Assembly (NCBI GenBank): GCA_002256025.1
Contig: NKIB01014224.1
Location: 1-45,689 of the forward strand
Direction: 5' to 3'
Length of the DNA stretch: 45,689 nt
Origin: Asterionella formosa
Taxonomy: Eukaryota
The position numbers and the translations under genes are program-made. How positions within the stretch are numbered: the stretch's first letter is position 1; every line of letters begins with the position of its first letter. This document shows positions 23,241-34,017 of the stretch, in pieces. The notes under the pieces are model-generated. The model searched no databases. It was not told where the DNA came from and worked only from the letters and a program-made list of their open reading frames with translations.

Positions 23241-24480
23241 TTAAAGAAAACCAGCTTTGTATCCAAGAATGCTGACCCAGGTATTTGTTATCGAAGACAC
23301 AGTTACCTGAGCCCATGCTTCCTCCACCCATGGGGCAACATTGTGCCTCTTAACCTTTTCATTTCTAGGCTTTGAACCATAAAATTCTCTCATGCAGCCT
23401 GCACATAGCCTTTGAATGGCTTGTTGAATCCCACTTCCAGTACCTGAAGCTGGGATCTGTAGCCAGGGGTAATATAATCGACCTCGCTTGGTGCCACAAG
23501 ATTTAATGGCATCTACACATTTGCCAACTTTGTAAACCAATAATCGTCCATTTGCAGTTTATTTGGCTCTCCAAGGAATTCCTGAGTCCAGGTCTTCCAA
23601 AACCAGCTCAATCCAATTCAAAAAGACAGTAGGGTTTACCCAAGCCCTGGCCTGGCAAAAGTATTTCAATGAAACCGGAAATTCGTTTGGTGGATTGATG
23701 GCTAACAGCCTGCATACCCGTCCATCACCGGTTCCCTTGATCACAATGAATAAAAATAGCTTTTCTCCACTCAGAGTAACACCTAAGAGCACAGTGCAAG
23801 GAGCGACCCCGAGGTACTTGAAGCAATTCTTCATTCCAATGGTCCTGGCACCATGTTTCTCCAATGAAAATTATCCATACAAGTCGAAGTTGATGTTTGT
23901 CTCATCAATATTGACAATGCACCTAGTGTCCATACCATAGGTCTGAATTTGTTGATTGGCATATGTTACAAACTCAAGCACTCTGGCTTGGTCGAGTCTT
24001 GTGTGCAGAGCAACATGTGTCACTCGCTGAAGAACAATACCCTCGCTCCTTCACCATTCATCGCTTTTCCCTCTTTGACGAAGGAGCCGCAAGAGCCACA
24101 TTTTCGTTCTCAGCCACCCTTTTAAGCTCAATAGCGAGCATTCGAATTGTGCAGTATCGATCTTGCTGCCTCAAATCATCAACAGTTGACCACAACATGG
24201 ATGTCAAATTCACCAACACTTTTTCCGACACCAACTTGGTGAGCTGTTTTCTTATTAAAAATCTGCGAGAGCTGATAATTTGGTTGATTGTCATTGTCCT
24301 CATCACTGTCTTCCCCTGTTGGAACAGGTTGGGAAGCAAACATGGTCCTCCATTGCCTGATCTGTTCAGATAAAATAGAATAGGCTTTAGTGGTCTGCTT
24401 GATGTTATTTGGCTTCGAAAACGCTTCACCAAAATCGTTTTCTTCAGCCTGAGGCTGATGAATCTTTTCATCATGATGCA
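23241..24480 (-). mobile_element. Degenerate pogo-like (DDE_1) DNA transposase pseudogene
   Basis: Fragments in order: CENPB-HTH-like region (~24300-24000), CIVNIDETNINFD (~23920-23885), CTVLLGVTLSGEKLFLFIVIKG, CQARAWVNPTVFLNWIELVL, VAPWVEEAWAQVTVSSITNTW. Multiple frameshifts. TIRs not identified. Confidence 0.8.
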
Positions 24481-25304
24481 CAAATAAATAACATGATGTG
24501 GTTGGCTTGCAGAAATTCTGGCAAGACAGAACCTTGTAGAACCTACACAAGATAATGTAGGTGTAGAAAGAGGTATATACAGCTAAGTCACTCTAGAAAT
24601 TAGTACGTAACTTGTGTGCTAATTTTCTTGTGCAAGTGCGCAAAGATTTGGAAAATCAAATGATCATAGTAGAAACCGATTCAACCAAGAACAAATCACT
24701 TCTTATGAACATTTGTATGTTTTAAACCATGGAGAAGACAATAGATATCACGTTTTGATCAATGGAAGTGGGCAATGCCAAAATCCCATTTAGTCGTGTG
24801 TGTGCACATTTCATGAGACAGGAGCATGGAATTCACGGTACCTGGTAAGCACAGATATTTCATTGAATCTCTGCGACGAAAACCTTATGTAGCAGTCCGA
24901 ATCTCATAGTACATACCTGACCAAAAAACCGGTACATATTCGCTTGGAACGAGCCAGAACTCTCAGAAATTAAGTTTACATGATACTAGTAGTGAGTTTT
25001 GATAGCCAAAAACGTGATATTCGTTTGTCCAGCCAAGCAATGGGTCAGAGCAGTACATACAATAATCCTGTTACTTGGTAACTGGCACCACAATCTACAG
25101 CACAGTATGTATGAGCGATCCTCTTGCTTAAACTGCCTTTTCTTTTGTCTCCCATCCTGAATCCATTGAGTCCACGCATTGGGCGTTTGGTGTTCTGACC
25201 GTTAACGCCGGCCCTGCGGGCTCGTCAGAACGAGTTGAAGGATTTTGCCGTCGCTTGTTGCAGTTACTATTCGCTTCTGCTACTCTTGTTTTCATTGAAT
25301 AAAA

Positions 25305-26037
25305 ATGTGCAGCGACGTTGGAGAATGCTCAAGAGGCTGTGCCGCCTACTCTGTGGTTGGTGCTATCTTTACTGTAAGATGCCTTCGTTTTTTCCAGTAC
25401 CAATAAGAAAACTAGGAGTTGTGCATTACCGGAATGCTCCCGTTCTCACAATTGACTCGTCATGACGAGGGGAATGTGGTGCTTTCGGGGATGCCTTAGA
25501 TGTGAAACGACTTTATCATGAGATCAGGAAATTACGCCTTTGAGATTGAAGAGAAACCCCCGAAATGAAGCCTCAATTCATCAATATGCCGTTGGTGCAC
25601 TTATCTACTTGACGTTAGGTGCTCACATGGCATCGTCCGTGGGCCTTTCTAGTACTTCGTTGTGTAATTATCCGATATTTGCATCTATAATTCCTCGAAA
25701 GACAGCGGATGTTGTAATTCTTACGTCTGAAATTTTTTAATGGCTTTACCTTCATGTACGATTCACGATCTAACTTTCCAATTTTCTTCTCCTTCAGGCG
25801 TGGGTGGGTATCATGATTAGCACTCAATCCTTTTTCATCGCCGGCATCGAGGATCCCGAAGAGGCGAAAAATTCTGCGTTTGGTGCCATGGGAATGTTCA
25901 TCTTTACTTTCATTGCCAGCATTGGAGGCATTGTGTACGATACTCAATTCAAGAAGGAAGTACCTCCCGTAGATGAAGCAGCAGAGGGATATCAGCTTAC
26001 CCAAGGCGACCAACCAACCTATGGAACTTCTGCTTAG
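25305..26037 (+). CDS. RNASEK: Small two-TM protein, RNase kappa / V-ATPase subunit f-like; exons 25305-25373, 25798-26037
   Basis: Spliced MCSDVGECSRGCAAYSVVGAIFT|AWVGIMISTQSFFIAGIEDPEEAKNSAFGAMGMFIFTFIASIGGIVY (102 aa). The Cys-rich start plus two TM helices fit the RNASEK layout. Phase-0 GTAAG...TTCAG intron. The gene model is firmer than the family call. Confidence 0.65.
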
Positions 26038-26451
26038 GCTGTAAGAGAAAAAGTATATTGAACAGAATGAAGGAGCTTTTGATGTCTTTATATTTTATAC
26101 AATTGTATTTTTCGCTTGTCAGTGAAATCAGCGTAACTTTCGAACTCTGTCTGGTTAGTGCATTGACTCTACAGTTAGGTGAAGCAGCATAGTCTACGTA
26201 TAGCAAGGCGGAAGATTTTGAAATAAGATGGAACGACTGGACTTTGTAGGGACCGAGAATGGCAGCTGTAAGCTCATTGCAGTAGTTACGGGGAGCGCTT
26301 CCTTTTATGTTCGTTGACTGAGCTGCAGAGTAGTGCGCTTTTCAGCGCAGAATCGTCTGAACTATCCATGTTCAATGCTATGTTGTATGGGGAATGAAGG
26401 TACGAGTCGCCTTCGAGTGGTCTACATCACTAACCCTCGTAAATCTTTAGT

Positions 26452-27540
26452 CTAGCAACCAGTCTTTGGCTTGTCTGGATTTAGAGCACATAATGTAGCA
26501 GCGCACTTGCTTGCATCTGGATGAGCTCCGAAGCAATGGGGTTCATGAAGCGATGGGAAAATAACCTTCCATTCTGGACATAACATGAGAAGCTGTTCTC
26601 GTACCGCCCATGGTATGTCGGTTTCGATGCCACTCATGACAAGGGAAGGACCAAACTGTTCTGCGTTCTCTCTGAGAGTGTTGTTCTGCGATACCAACGC
26701 AGCGCCACCAGCGAAAAGAATTTGCTCTTGATACGTTCCCACCCTGTACTTGGCAGGGGTCTTTTTGTTTAATTCCTCCAATCCAGTGGAAAAGTAATGT
26801 GTCTCAGTGTTCTCGCCTGCATCGCCCTTTGTAAAATCGATCACTTCCAGCATGGCTTGTCGATTTCGAATAGAATGCGCCATCACATCGCCACCCTTAT
26901 AAATCTTGGAAGGAGCTCCCAAGAAGTCAATGCCATCAAAAGCATCCCAAGATGCAATCGAATTCGCGCACCGAACTCCATTCCCAGAAAAGAAGAAAAC
27001 TCGGTCGTGGAGTAAATTTTCCCATATAAATCGATTAGTCATAATCAGTTTCGGTTTCTTTAAAGTGGCGAGATGCTGTGGCAGTTTAGTAATGTTGACC
27101 CGAGGGTGCTGTTCTAGCGACAACATCCCTCTATGAAATTTGTGAATTTCGTTGTTCCACCACGTTGGGTTGATGAAGACTTGCACAACGTAGGATTCGG
27201 GCGTATTTGCAATGATATTTTGTATCATGTTTGTATACCTCCGATGGAACCATTTGGGAGAGTGAAGCGCCAGAGTCGCCGCAACACCTGTCCATTTCTC
27301 GGGCGAGGGATGATTGACAGGTGTTGTGATGTCAGTAACATCTGACGTTGTTCTGTTGACATCGTTTGTAATAATTTGGTGTTGAGAAGAGTATTCCGCA
27401 AGCTGATGGAAGAGACGAGATGGGAGATCAGCTGATTGCTGAATTGTTGTGGATCCTTGCTGATCCGCAAGTAGAAAACTAAGCAGAATCCATTGTAGGA
27501 TGATAATGCTGATCAAAATGAAATATGACATTGATATCAT
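26452..27540 (-). CDS. DUF5672-like (putative glycosyltransferase-related) type II membrane protein
   Basis: First ATG at 27540 precedes a signal anchor. Motif FIWENLLHDRVFFFSGNGVRCANS..WDAFDGIDFLGAP...SIRNRQAMLEVI; Cys-rich C-terminus. Confidence 0.7.
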   Translation of the reverse strand: MISMSYFILISIIILQWILLSFLLADQQGSTTIQQSADLPSRLFHQLAEYSSQHQIITNDVNRTTSDVTDITTPVNHPSPEKWTGVAATLALHSPKWFHRRYTNMIQNIIANTPESYVVQVFINPTWWNNEIHKFHRGMLSLEQHPRVNITKLPQHLATLKKPKLIMTNRFIWENLLHDRVFFFSGNGVRCANSIASWDAFDGIDFLGAPSKIYKGGDVMAHSIRNRQAMLEVIDFTKGDAGENTETHYFSTGLEELNKKTPAKYRVGTYQEQILFAGGAALVSQNNTLRENAEQFGPSLVMSGIETDIPWAVREQLLMLCPEWKVIFPSLHEPHCFGAHPDASKCAATLCALNPDKPKTGC

Positions 27541-28083
27541 GACAATGATTGGTGTCTGGAGCGAATGAATAGTTGAGAAGGGATCAATCAAAACGAAGTT
27601 CTTGCTTTTTGATTGCTTATGCGTTCTCAAAAGTGTCCCACATCAGCCGCAGTTGTGCAGACATAGCATAAGTGTTCGCTTTGATTGTCTTTGCGAGGTG
27701 CTCGATGGACCACGAAAATGAAAGGGACGTACCGTATTGGTCAAGGAGGTGCATGCACTGACATTTGAAGTTTAACCCATCGAATGTTTGCTTTGAGATC
27801 GAGCTATAGCGGTAGCAGTCTAGATCTAACTAGGATAGTATTGTCTAGATTCACAAGTGTTGTGTTACATGAAAATAAATGTTAGATCGAAGCTGGCAAA
27901 GCGGTGGCTGGATTTTTTGCTGTCGATTTGCAAATCGTTTTCGACACAAAACACAAAACGAACATTTATTTCTAAAATACGGGTATAATAGACGAGTTTT
28001 TGAACATTATTACAAACGACAGCAAGAAGGCAGCCATGGAACCATATTAACTACCGGTAAACTAATTATCATCATCACCAGCC

Positions 28084-28683
28084 ATGCTATCCTGCTACTC
28101 ATTGGTACTCTCCTTGCTGTGGGGCAGTGTTGTTGAATCATTTATCGCTTCAACTCCATGCAGAACATATGCCACATCGTCTCGCTCCTCCTCTACCCGC
28201 AATGGACGGGTCAGTGATTTGGATCAATGGATCACATGGTCCAGCGATTCATTGCTGAAATTGACAGGGATTTCCCTCCTGGATAGAATGGAAGGCGTTG
28301 AGAATGTCCACGACGTGCATACCTGCATTAGGTATGCCGTCCTATCCCATGACACGCAACAAGATCCTATCTATATCTATTTTAATCAAGGGGCCTTCTT
28401 GACCTTTCAATGGCCCGACAACGAAGTGTACTCACTTCCTTCTCGATACTCGGCGCCGGGAGGTGAACTGAGGAACGAACGGGATATTTTGATGAAGAAA
28501 GTCGTCCAAGACCAGGTGCAAACCTTTTCAGAAGCCATTCGGCAGACTAAGAGTGGGCATCAATTTCGCCTCAAGGATGTCCTACTATGGAATGTCTATG
28601 ATACAGGGGGCAATCGAGTGGGACAAACTGCCCTTTTTGATCGCACACTGATTGTGCCGCTTGAAACATCCATCGAACAATAG
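28084..28683 (+). CDS. MEKHLA-domain protein with a putative bipartite plastid presequence
   Basis: YAVLSHDTQQDPIYIYFNQGA..F.W......LPSRYSA....ER...IRQTKSGHQFRLKDVLLWNVYD..G..VGQTALF matches stand-alone MEKHLA. Signal peptide ending VES-F, followed by a Ser/Thr/Arg-rich stretch. Confidence 0.85.
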   Translation: MLSCYSLVLSLLWGSVVESFIASTPCRTYATSSRSSSTRNGRVSDLDQWITWSSDSLLKLTGISLLDRMEGVENVHDVHTCIRYAVLSHDTQQDPIYIYFNQGAFLTFQWPDNEVYSLPSRYSAPGGELRNERDILMKKVVQDQVQTFSEAIRQTKSGHQFRLKDVLLWNVYDTGGNRVGQTALFDRTLIVPLETSIEQ

Positions 28684-29134
28684 GTGTGAATGCCATTCCC
28701 ATACATCGGATTGTATAGAGATTCTGAAAGCTAGAGTCTTTTTGTCTTTTATATCCATTTAGGTATTGCTAGATCGAAGTGATCACAGTGAATGTGACTT
28801 GAATGACACTTCGACCAAAAATTGACTATTTAACCTTCTATATGTATGGAGACGTCATAAACAGGTAAGCACGCAGAATAATACTACAGTACCCGAAAAG
28901 GAACCAAAAGTAGATCTCTCTATTAGCAATCTACTCAACTAGTTTTGGGCCTCTATATGTCATGGATATATCATTCCGGAAGTCTCCAATGTACTGTCAA
29001 TAATCAGTTCCTCCAAATCGAGCATTATACTTTTTCAACACTCAAGTTCTCAATTTCATTGCGACTGAACATAAAGTCGTTAAGTTTTTTTAGATTTACA
29101 GCGTGCTCAGAAATTGTTTAGGCCATCATTTTTA

Positions 29135-30238
29135 TCACATAGGTTTACGTCTGACAACTTGCTCCGGAATTTTGTTGAAGGGACATGACTTGTATTTACT
29201 TCCATCTCGCATCAAACATGATCGGATCTCGTGCTCAAGTTTGAGGATTGAACCTTGTGCTAAATCTTCTGGATCAACAATGTCTAAACAGCGAAACATG
29301 CAATCATCTAATGCTTGCTCGAGATTGTAGGCTTTGCGGCTAAATCGAGGATTTACATAGGCAAGATTCAAGGCATCTAGTCTCCTGTAAGTGGCTTCCA
29401 AATCGGTCACATACATTGACACATGCGGTCCATAGTTGCTTAGAAACGAAGGATAACCATCCATAGGCTCAGCCTGTTCATCTTTTAGATCGTCATGGTG
29501 GACGATAGCTGTCTTCTCGGGATGCCATTGGAATGTCAGTGTCTGCTTTGGGCCAACCGAGACACAACAAGACTCTGTTGTGACAGTGAGGATCGGACAG
29601 CCCATTAGTTGATCATAAAATCTCGCTATTCCTGCCATGTTTGCGTTGTAGGTAGTATAGAAAGTCAAATCGCGAATTGCCATTCCTTCCGAAGGGCCTC
29701 CGCCTTGCAAGCCTCGCGCATCCAACTCTCCTGAGTCACCTCGAACCAATTGAAATGGGGTACCCCATGGGTCGATGACAAGCATCGACTCGTCATTGAT
29801 TTCCTTGATGCGAAAACGACTGCCATACAAACGTGCCTTAACTTCGTCCAATCGTTGCTGCAGGGGTATAATGTCAGGAAATGACAAAGTCACTACTCCT
29901 TCCAGCCGCTGAGCCTCGGGCATGCCCTCGGGCAAATGAAATTGGTGTGCACCAATGTTGGCCCAAAGAGTCTTTTTCCCTTTCGCGAGATTTTCAGCTT
30001 TGCGAGGGTCGGGGACACATTGCAAGAAATCGAAATAGAATGCTTTGAGCCAGTCGTGGCGACCTTTCTCATGATTAATGTTCAAGTGATCGAGAATCAA
30101 AACATTTCCAAATTGGTGATTGACGTCAGAAGTTGACGCTGGTATCGTCCGAGGCGACGAAAGAGCCGAAACAATGGGCACAAGTACAGGCAATGCCAAC
30201 AAGAATCCGAAAAGAAGGGCCAGTGTGGTCTGCATCAT
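29135..30238 (-). CDS. Two-domain VOC/glyoxalase-like protein with an N-terminal signal peptide
   Basis: 367-aa ORF; ILDHLNINH..FYFDFL..DPR...LWANIGAHQFHLP, DPWGTPFQL, IARFYDQLMG, GPHVSMYVTDLEATY..LEHEIRS. Confidence 0.7.
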   Translation of the reverse strand: MMQTTLALLFGFLLALPVLVPIVSALSSPRTIPASTSDVNHQFGNVLILDHLNINHEKGRHDWLKAFYFDFLQCVPDPRKAENLAKGKKTLWANIGAHQFHLPEGMPEAQRLEGVVTLSFPDIIPLQQRLDEVKARLYGSRFRIKEINDESMLVIDPWGTPFQLVRGDSGELDARGLQGGGPSEGMAIRDLTFYTTYNANMAGIARFYDQLMGCPILTVTTESCCVSVGPKQTLTFQWHPEKTAIVHHDDLKDEQAEPMDGYPSFLSNYGPHVSMYVTDLEATYRRLDALNLAYVNPRFSRKAYNLEQALDDCMFRCLDIVDPEDLAQGSILKLEHEIRSCLMRDGSKYKSCPFNKIPEQVVRRKPM

Positions 30239-30403
30239 TGGTCAATGTTTATCCTCACTTTGGCAGCTTCGTCATCGTCATCAGCCAGGTGAGGTGAACA
30301 CACGACCTTTGGTCGGTGCGAACGAGTATTGTACCATGTACCAGGTAGACAACCATACTGGAAGGTTCAAATTCCACTGAGATTCGTACCAGGTACCAGG
30401 TGT

Positions 30404-31462
30404 GACCTACAAAAAATTGGGCCAAGCAACATTCGTATTTTTAATTTTTGTAACTCTGTTACGGCCTGCCCACTCCTACACATGGACTACCGGTAATCAA
30501 ACACATACCGGTACATTTTCACATCTAAAAATATATCTACATCACTACTCGGAGCTTTCACTATTGGACACCCTTTCCATTTACGTAGTAGATACAGTCA
30601 TTGGTCAAAGTATGAGTATAGGACAAATCTATATATCTTCGGGAGGATGTAGGATGATCTGGCGAGAAAGAAGTGCAGAAAATTAGGGGAAATTGGATTA
30701 TTTGGCATAGCAAGAAACCAAAGTTTCTTTCTGCACTTTCTCGTCGGAAGTTAACTTCTGATGCTACATAGTAGAGTTGACCTATGTATTTAAATCGCCT
30801 TCAAGCCTTTCCACTGTTGAGTAATTGTCACCCGAAAAGTCGACAAAATTGGTCTTCCCCAACTGTCTCCAAAATATTGGAATCAGAATCACTATGTGCA
30901 GAAATTTTATCAACGGAATAGGAATCTTGTGAAGGAATCCTTAGTCATAAAAACTATTTTTTATGTATATTGCGTGTATGACATTTTCAGATGATTTAAA
31001 AAATTCAAATGACATCAGCGTTCTTTGACCACGATTCCACTCATCAAATGAAAAATAAGAATATTGGCAATCGGAGAAGCAGATGAATGCAATGACAACA
31101 AGAGAAAAGCAAGAAGAATGAATGCACCTGTCACGGTGATCGGCATTAAACAAGGCAGATATCGACAAAAAGAGAGTTTCTAGCAGGATTAGTTAATGAA
31201 CATACAAAGCCTACACACTGCAACCTCGGGTTTATTTACAATGCACCACCTAGCCATCACAGTAAAAAACAAGGTTCTTTTCTGCTCTTTCTCGCCAGAT
31301 CCGCTTATATCCTGACGATATAAAGAGTTTTCTGTCCAATGGTGAAAGCTCCGAATAGCGATACCGTGAAAAGTAGGCGATTGATAAGTCTGAATCCTTT
31401 TTTAAACTAGTTCAAGCTATGTAGGGGATTGGCTACAAAAATGCGATTCTTTTGTAGTAGGT
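30404..31462. mobile_element. Non-autonomous foldback/MITE-like element with long decayed terminal inverted repeats
   Basis: 30541-30570 matches the reverse complement of 31333-31362 at 27/30 positions. gatctggcgagaaaga..gcagaaaa (30656-30682) pairs with 31278-31301. Weaker pairing continues outwards to ~30404 and ~31462. No coding capacity. Confidence 0.7.
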
Positions 31463-32188
31463 ATAAAATTCTACATAAAGTGTGGTTGTTGTGATCGGCT
31501 GGGGCATCCAGCATCATGGCTGTGTGTCACTCGTCTCACCAGCCAGCCTTGACCATGATGGAAAGAATAGCGAATACTATCTCAAAGAGAATTTAGAACG
31601 AAACTTTCCTATTTTGTATATTTACCATGCATGCACGACAAGAAAATGCAATTGTAAAAGAATTTTTTAAATACTAATATTTTATCAAGATTTATTATTG
31701 CATGCATATTAGTTCAGTTGAACTAATCAATCTTGAATAATAATCCAGCCAAAATCCCGGATTGAATTGCTGTGAAAATTCGAAAAGCATTGATTGGCAA
31801 GAAATATAACAGCAAATCAAGGTAAGCACTCGAATGAAGAATGCTCTAAGCAATCAATATTTCACTGAAGTAAATTTATATATGTAATGCAGATGGCAGC
31901 ATTTAATACTCACGATTGCTGCTGTTCTACTAAGTAAGTGGATTGAGTTGGCAGTTGAATGTCTAATTCAATAAAGAATATCTATAGGAAAGAGAACCTT
32001 AATAATTGGTCTTATAAACGATTACAAGATAGATCAAATAATCTCACAAAAGGAAGTCAACAAATAAATAGATTTTCCTTTAGTAATTTATTTAAATATT
32101 AAGCCATCATACATACAAATGTATATAGATATAATCAAGAAAGTAAGAAATGGGAATTAGTACGGAACAATAGGAAAATTATGATAGG

Positions 32189-32266
32189 AATCAAAGTGGA
32201 AATCAGATTCATAGCTGAATTTAAATTATAATAGCAATCAAAGTGGAAATCAGATTCATAGCTGAA
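32189..32266. repeat. 30-bp direct duplication
   Basis: aatcaaagtggaaatcagattcatagctgaa occurs twice, ~47 bp apart. Confidence 0.85.
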
Positions 32267-34017
32267 GTGTGATTATTTGATAGCCATAGTAGCAGAAGTA
32301 GTTTATTCCGCATTTTTTTGTCATCTACACAGATTGGAGATCAGCTTCTTTTGTATAAAATAGAATCAAAATCGGAAGTACAGATAAAATAATCCATGAA
32401 CCACGAAGAATCAGTCAAAATGGAAAATAGGAGGCAGCATTTAACATGGAAATCAATTGTACTGTAGTAGCTGCACGCCTCATTGCTGTGTTATTCCCCC
32501 CCACTAATCAACTATTTAAAGATGCCAAGCAGCAAGTCATGGGATTGATAGAAATTAGGGAAATATTGGTAGGTCCCTTATTGAAGACCTCATTGATAGC
32601 AACTCTTAACAGGACGGAGTGAGAATTTGCAATTGCAACAAAAAGTTGTCATCGAATCAGAGAAAGTATGAAGCACTTCATGATATTAATTTAGAAAGCA
32701 TCCTGCACAATGCACCTAAACATTATAACATGATGTTCAAAGCACACATTAAAGAACTTTGAAGAACATGCAGCAGTGCTAGATGTAGAATATCATGATC
32801 AGTGAGATCCTGCTGAAAACATCTGAAAGATATAATTTCTCACCAAAGTAGCTACTAATTTGAAATTCATATGATGCAGCAATCTGAATTGTACCGAAAG
32901 CTGAGTCATGCATCGAAGAATCCCCAGGTAAATGGGTTAGTGGTAAATTAACTCCAGACGTCCTTTTGAGGCAGCACTCCTTGTCCATCTTCCTTTTCTT
33001 ATTGATTCCCTAGGGTTCTTGGAGGTGTTGACAAGGATGGAAAGGCAGGTCTCATTGCACCGCCCATACAGAAAAAATACCAGTATTAACTGTTTTTATT
33101 CATTTGGGCATGATGAGCGCAATTATTGGATAGTAGCTTAAAAGTAATGAAAATTCTTTTCAGTCATCCATAAACCAACAAAAACCCATTTGGTGATGAA
33201 TTGCTATGTGCATCATCATCAATACACATTTTGCTTCTGTTAACAGTCTTTGTGTTATGATGGATGATGATCAGCATTTTTCAAGTGGTATTGCTGCCAT
33301 CTTATCTTGGAAGGACATAAACAGCAAGTGATTCAAATCTTGTTTATTCAATGATTTCCTACAGTAGTAGATCCCATGCCATTTTAGCACTAACAGGGAC
33401 ATGAAAGCAGAGGGGCAATTGTACATATCGAGAGCCAAGACTGGTGAAGGAATGAAGCATACAACAAATGTGAAATGATGAGAATTATACTGCACACATT
33501 GTCACACATAGCCATTTATTATATCTGATGCGATTTTGTATGTTTTTTAATCATCAGCAATCATGGCAAACTCAAAATGATTGGGTACATTTGCTCGTGA
33601 TAATAAGAAATATATTAAATACGGCCATATTAATGAGAGATGGTGTTTGTCCACACTTTTTGCCTTTGGTCGAGTTAGGATTTGTCTTGTCCACAAAGTG
33701 AATTCGAGCAAAAATCCATGATCATTTGGCATTAATTTTGTAACCAAATATCACGATTTCGGCTCTGTGATGGACAACCCTATATGTTAAGCATTTTTCC
33801 ATCGCAGGGTGGACAACAAACACCATTTCTTTGCAAATATTTATCACACTATTGATTATTTGCGTTTACCGGTATGTCGACTCCAAATATTGAGATGGGA
33901 TTGTTGTTATAAAACTAACTAGCGGAACGGGCATTAACTATTTCATCAACAGAAGAACTGAGGGTAATTTTTCTGTACTACATTCCTCATTCTGTCGAGC
34001 GAAAGTATTCCTCACAG

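Noticed and set aside
25480..25570. TPP riboswitch in the intron
   Set aside because: Fragments (ggggatgcc, tgaga, gatcagga) are present but not in the required order, and the ATACC-GAACCTGAT core is missing.
26245..26426. SECIS element / selenoprotein
   Set aside because: Neither flanking gene has an in-frame TGA, and the ATGA-AA-GA spacing does not fit.
32350..33750. Additional transposase or retroelement remnant
   Set aside because: Looks like decayed coding DNA, but I could not recover an ordered set of diagnostic motifs.
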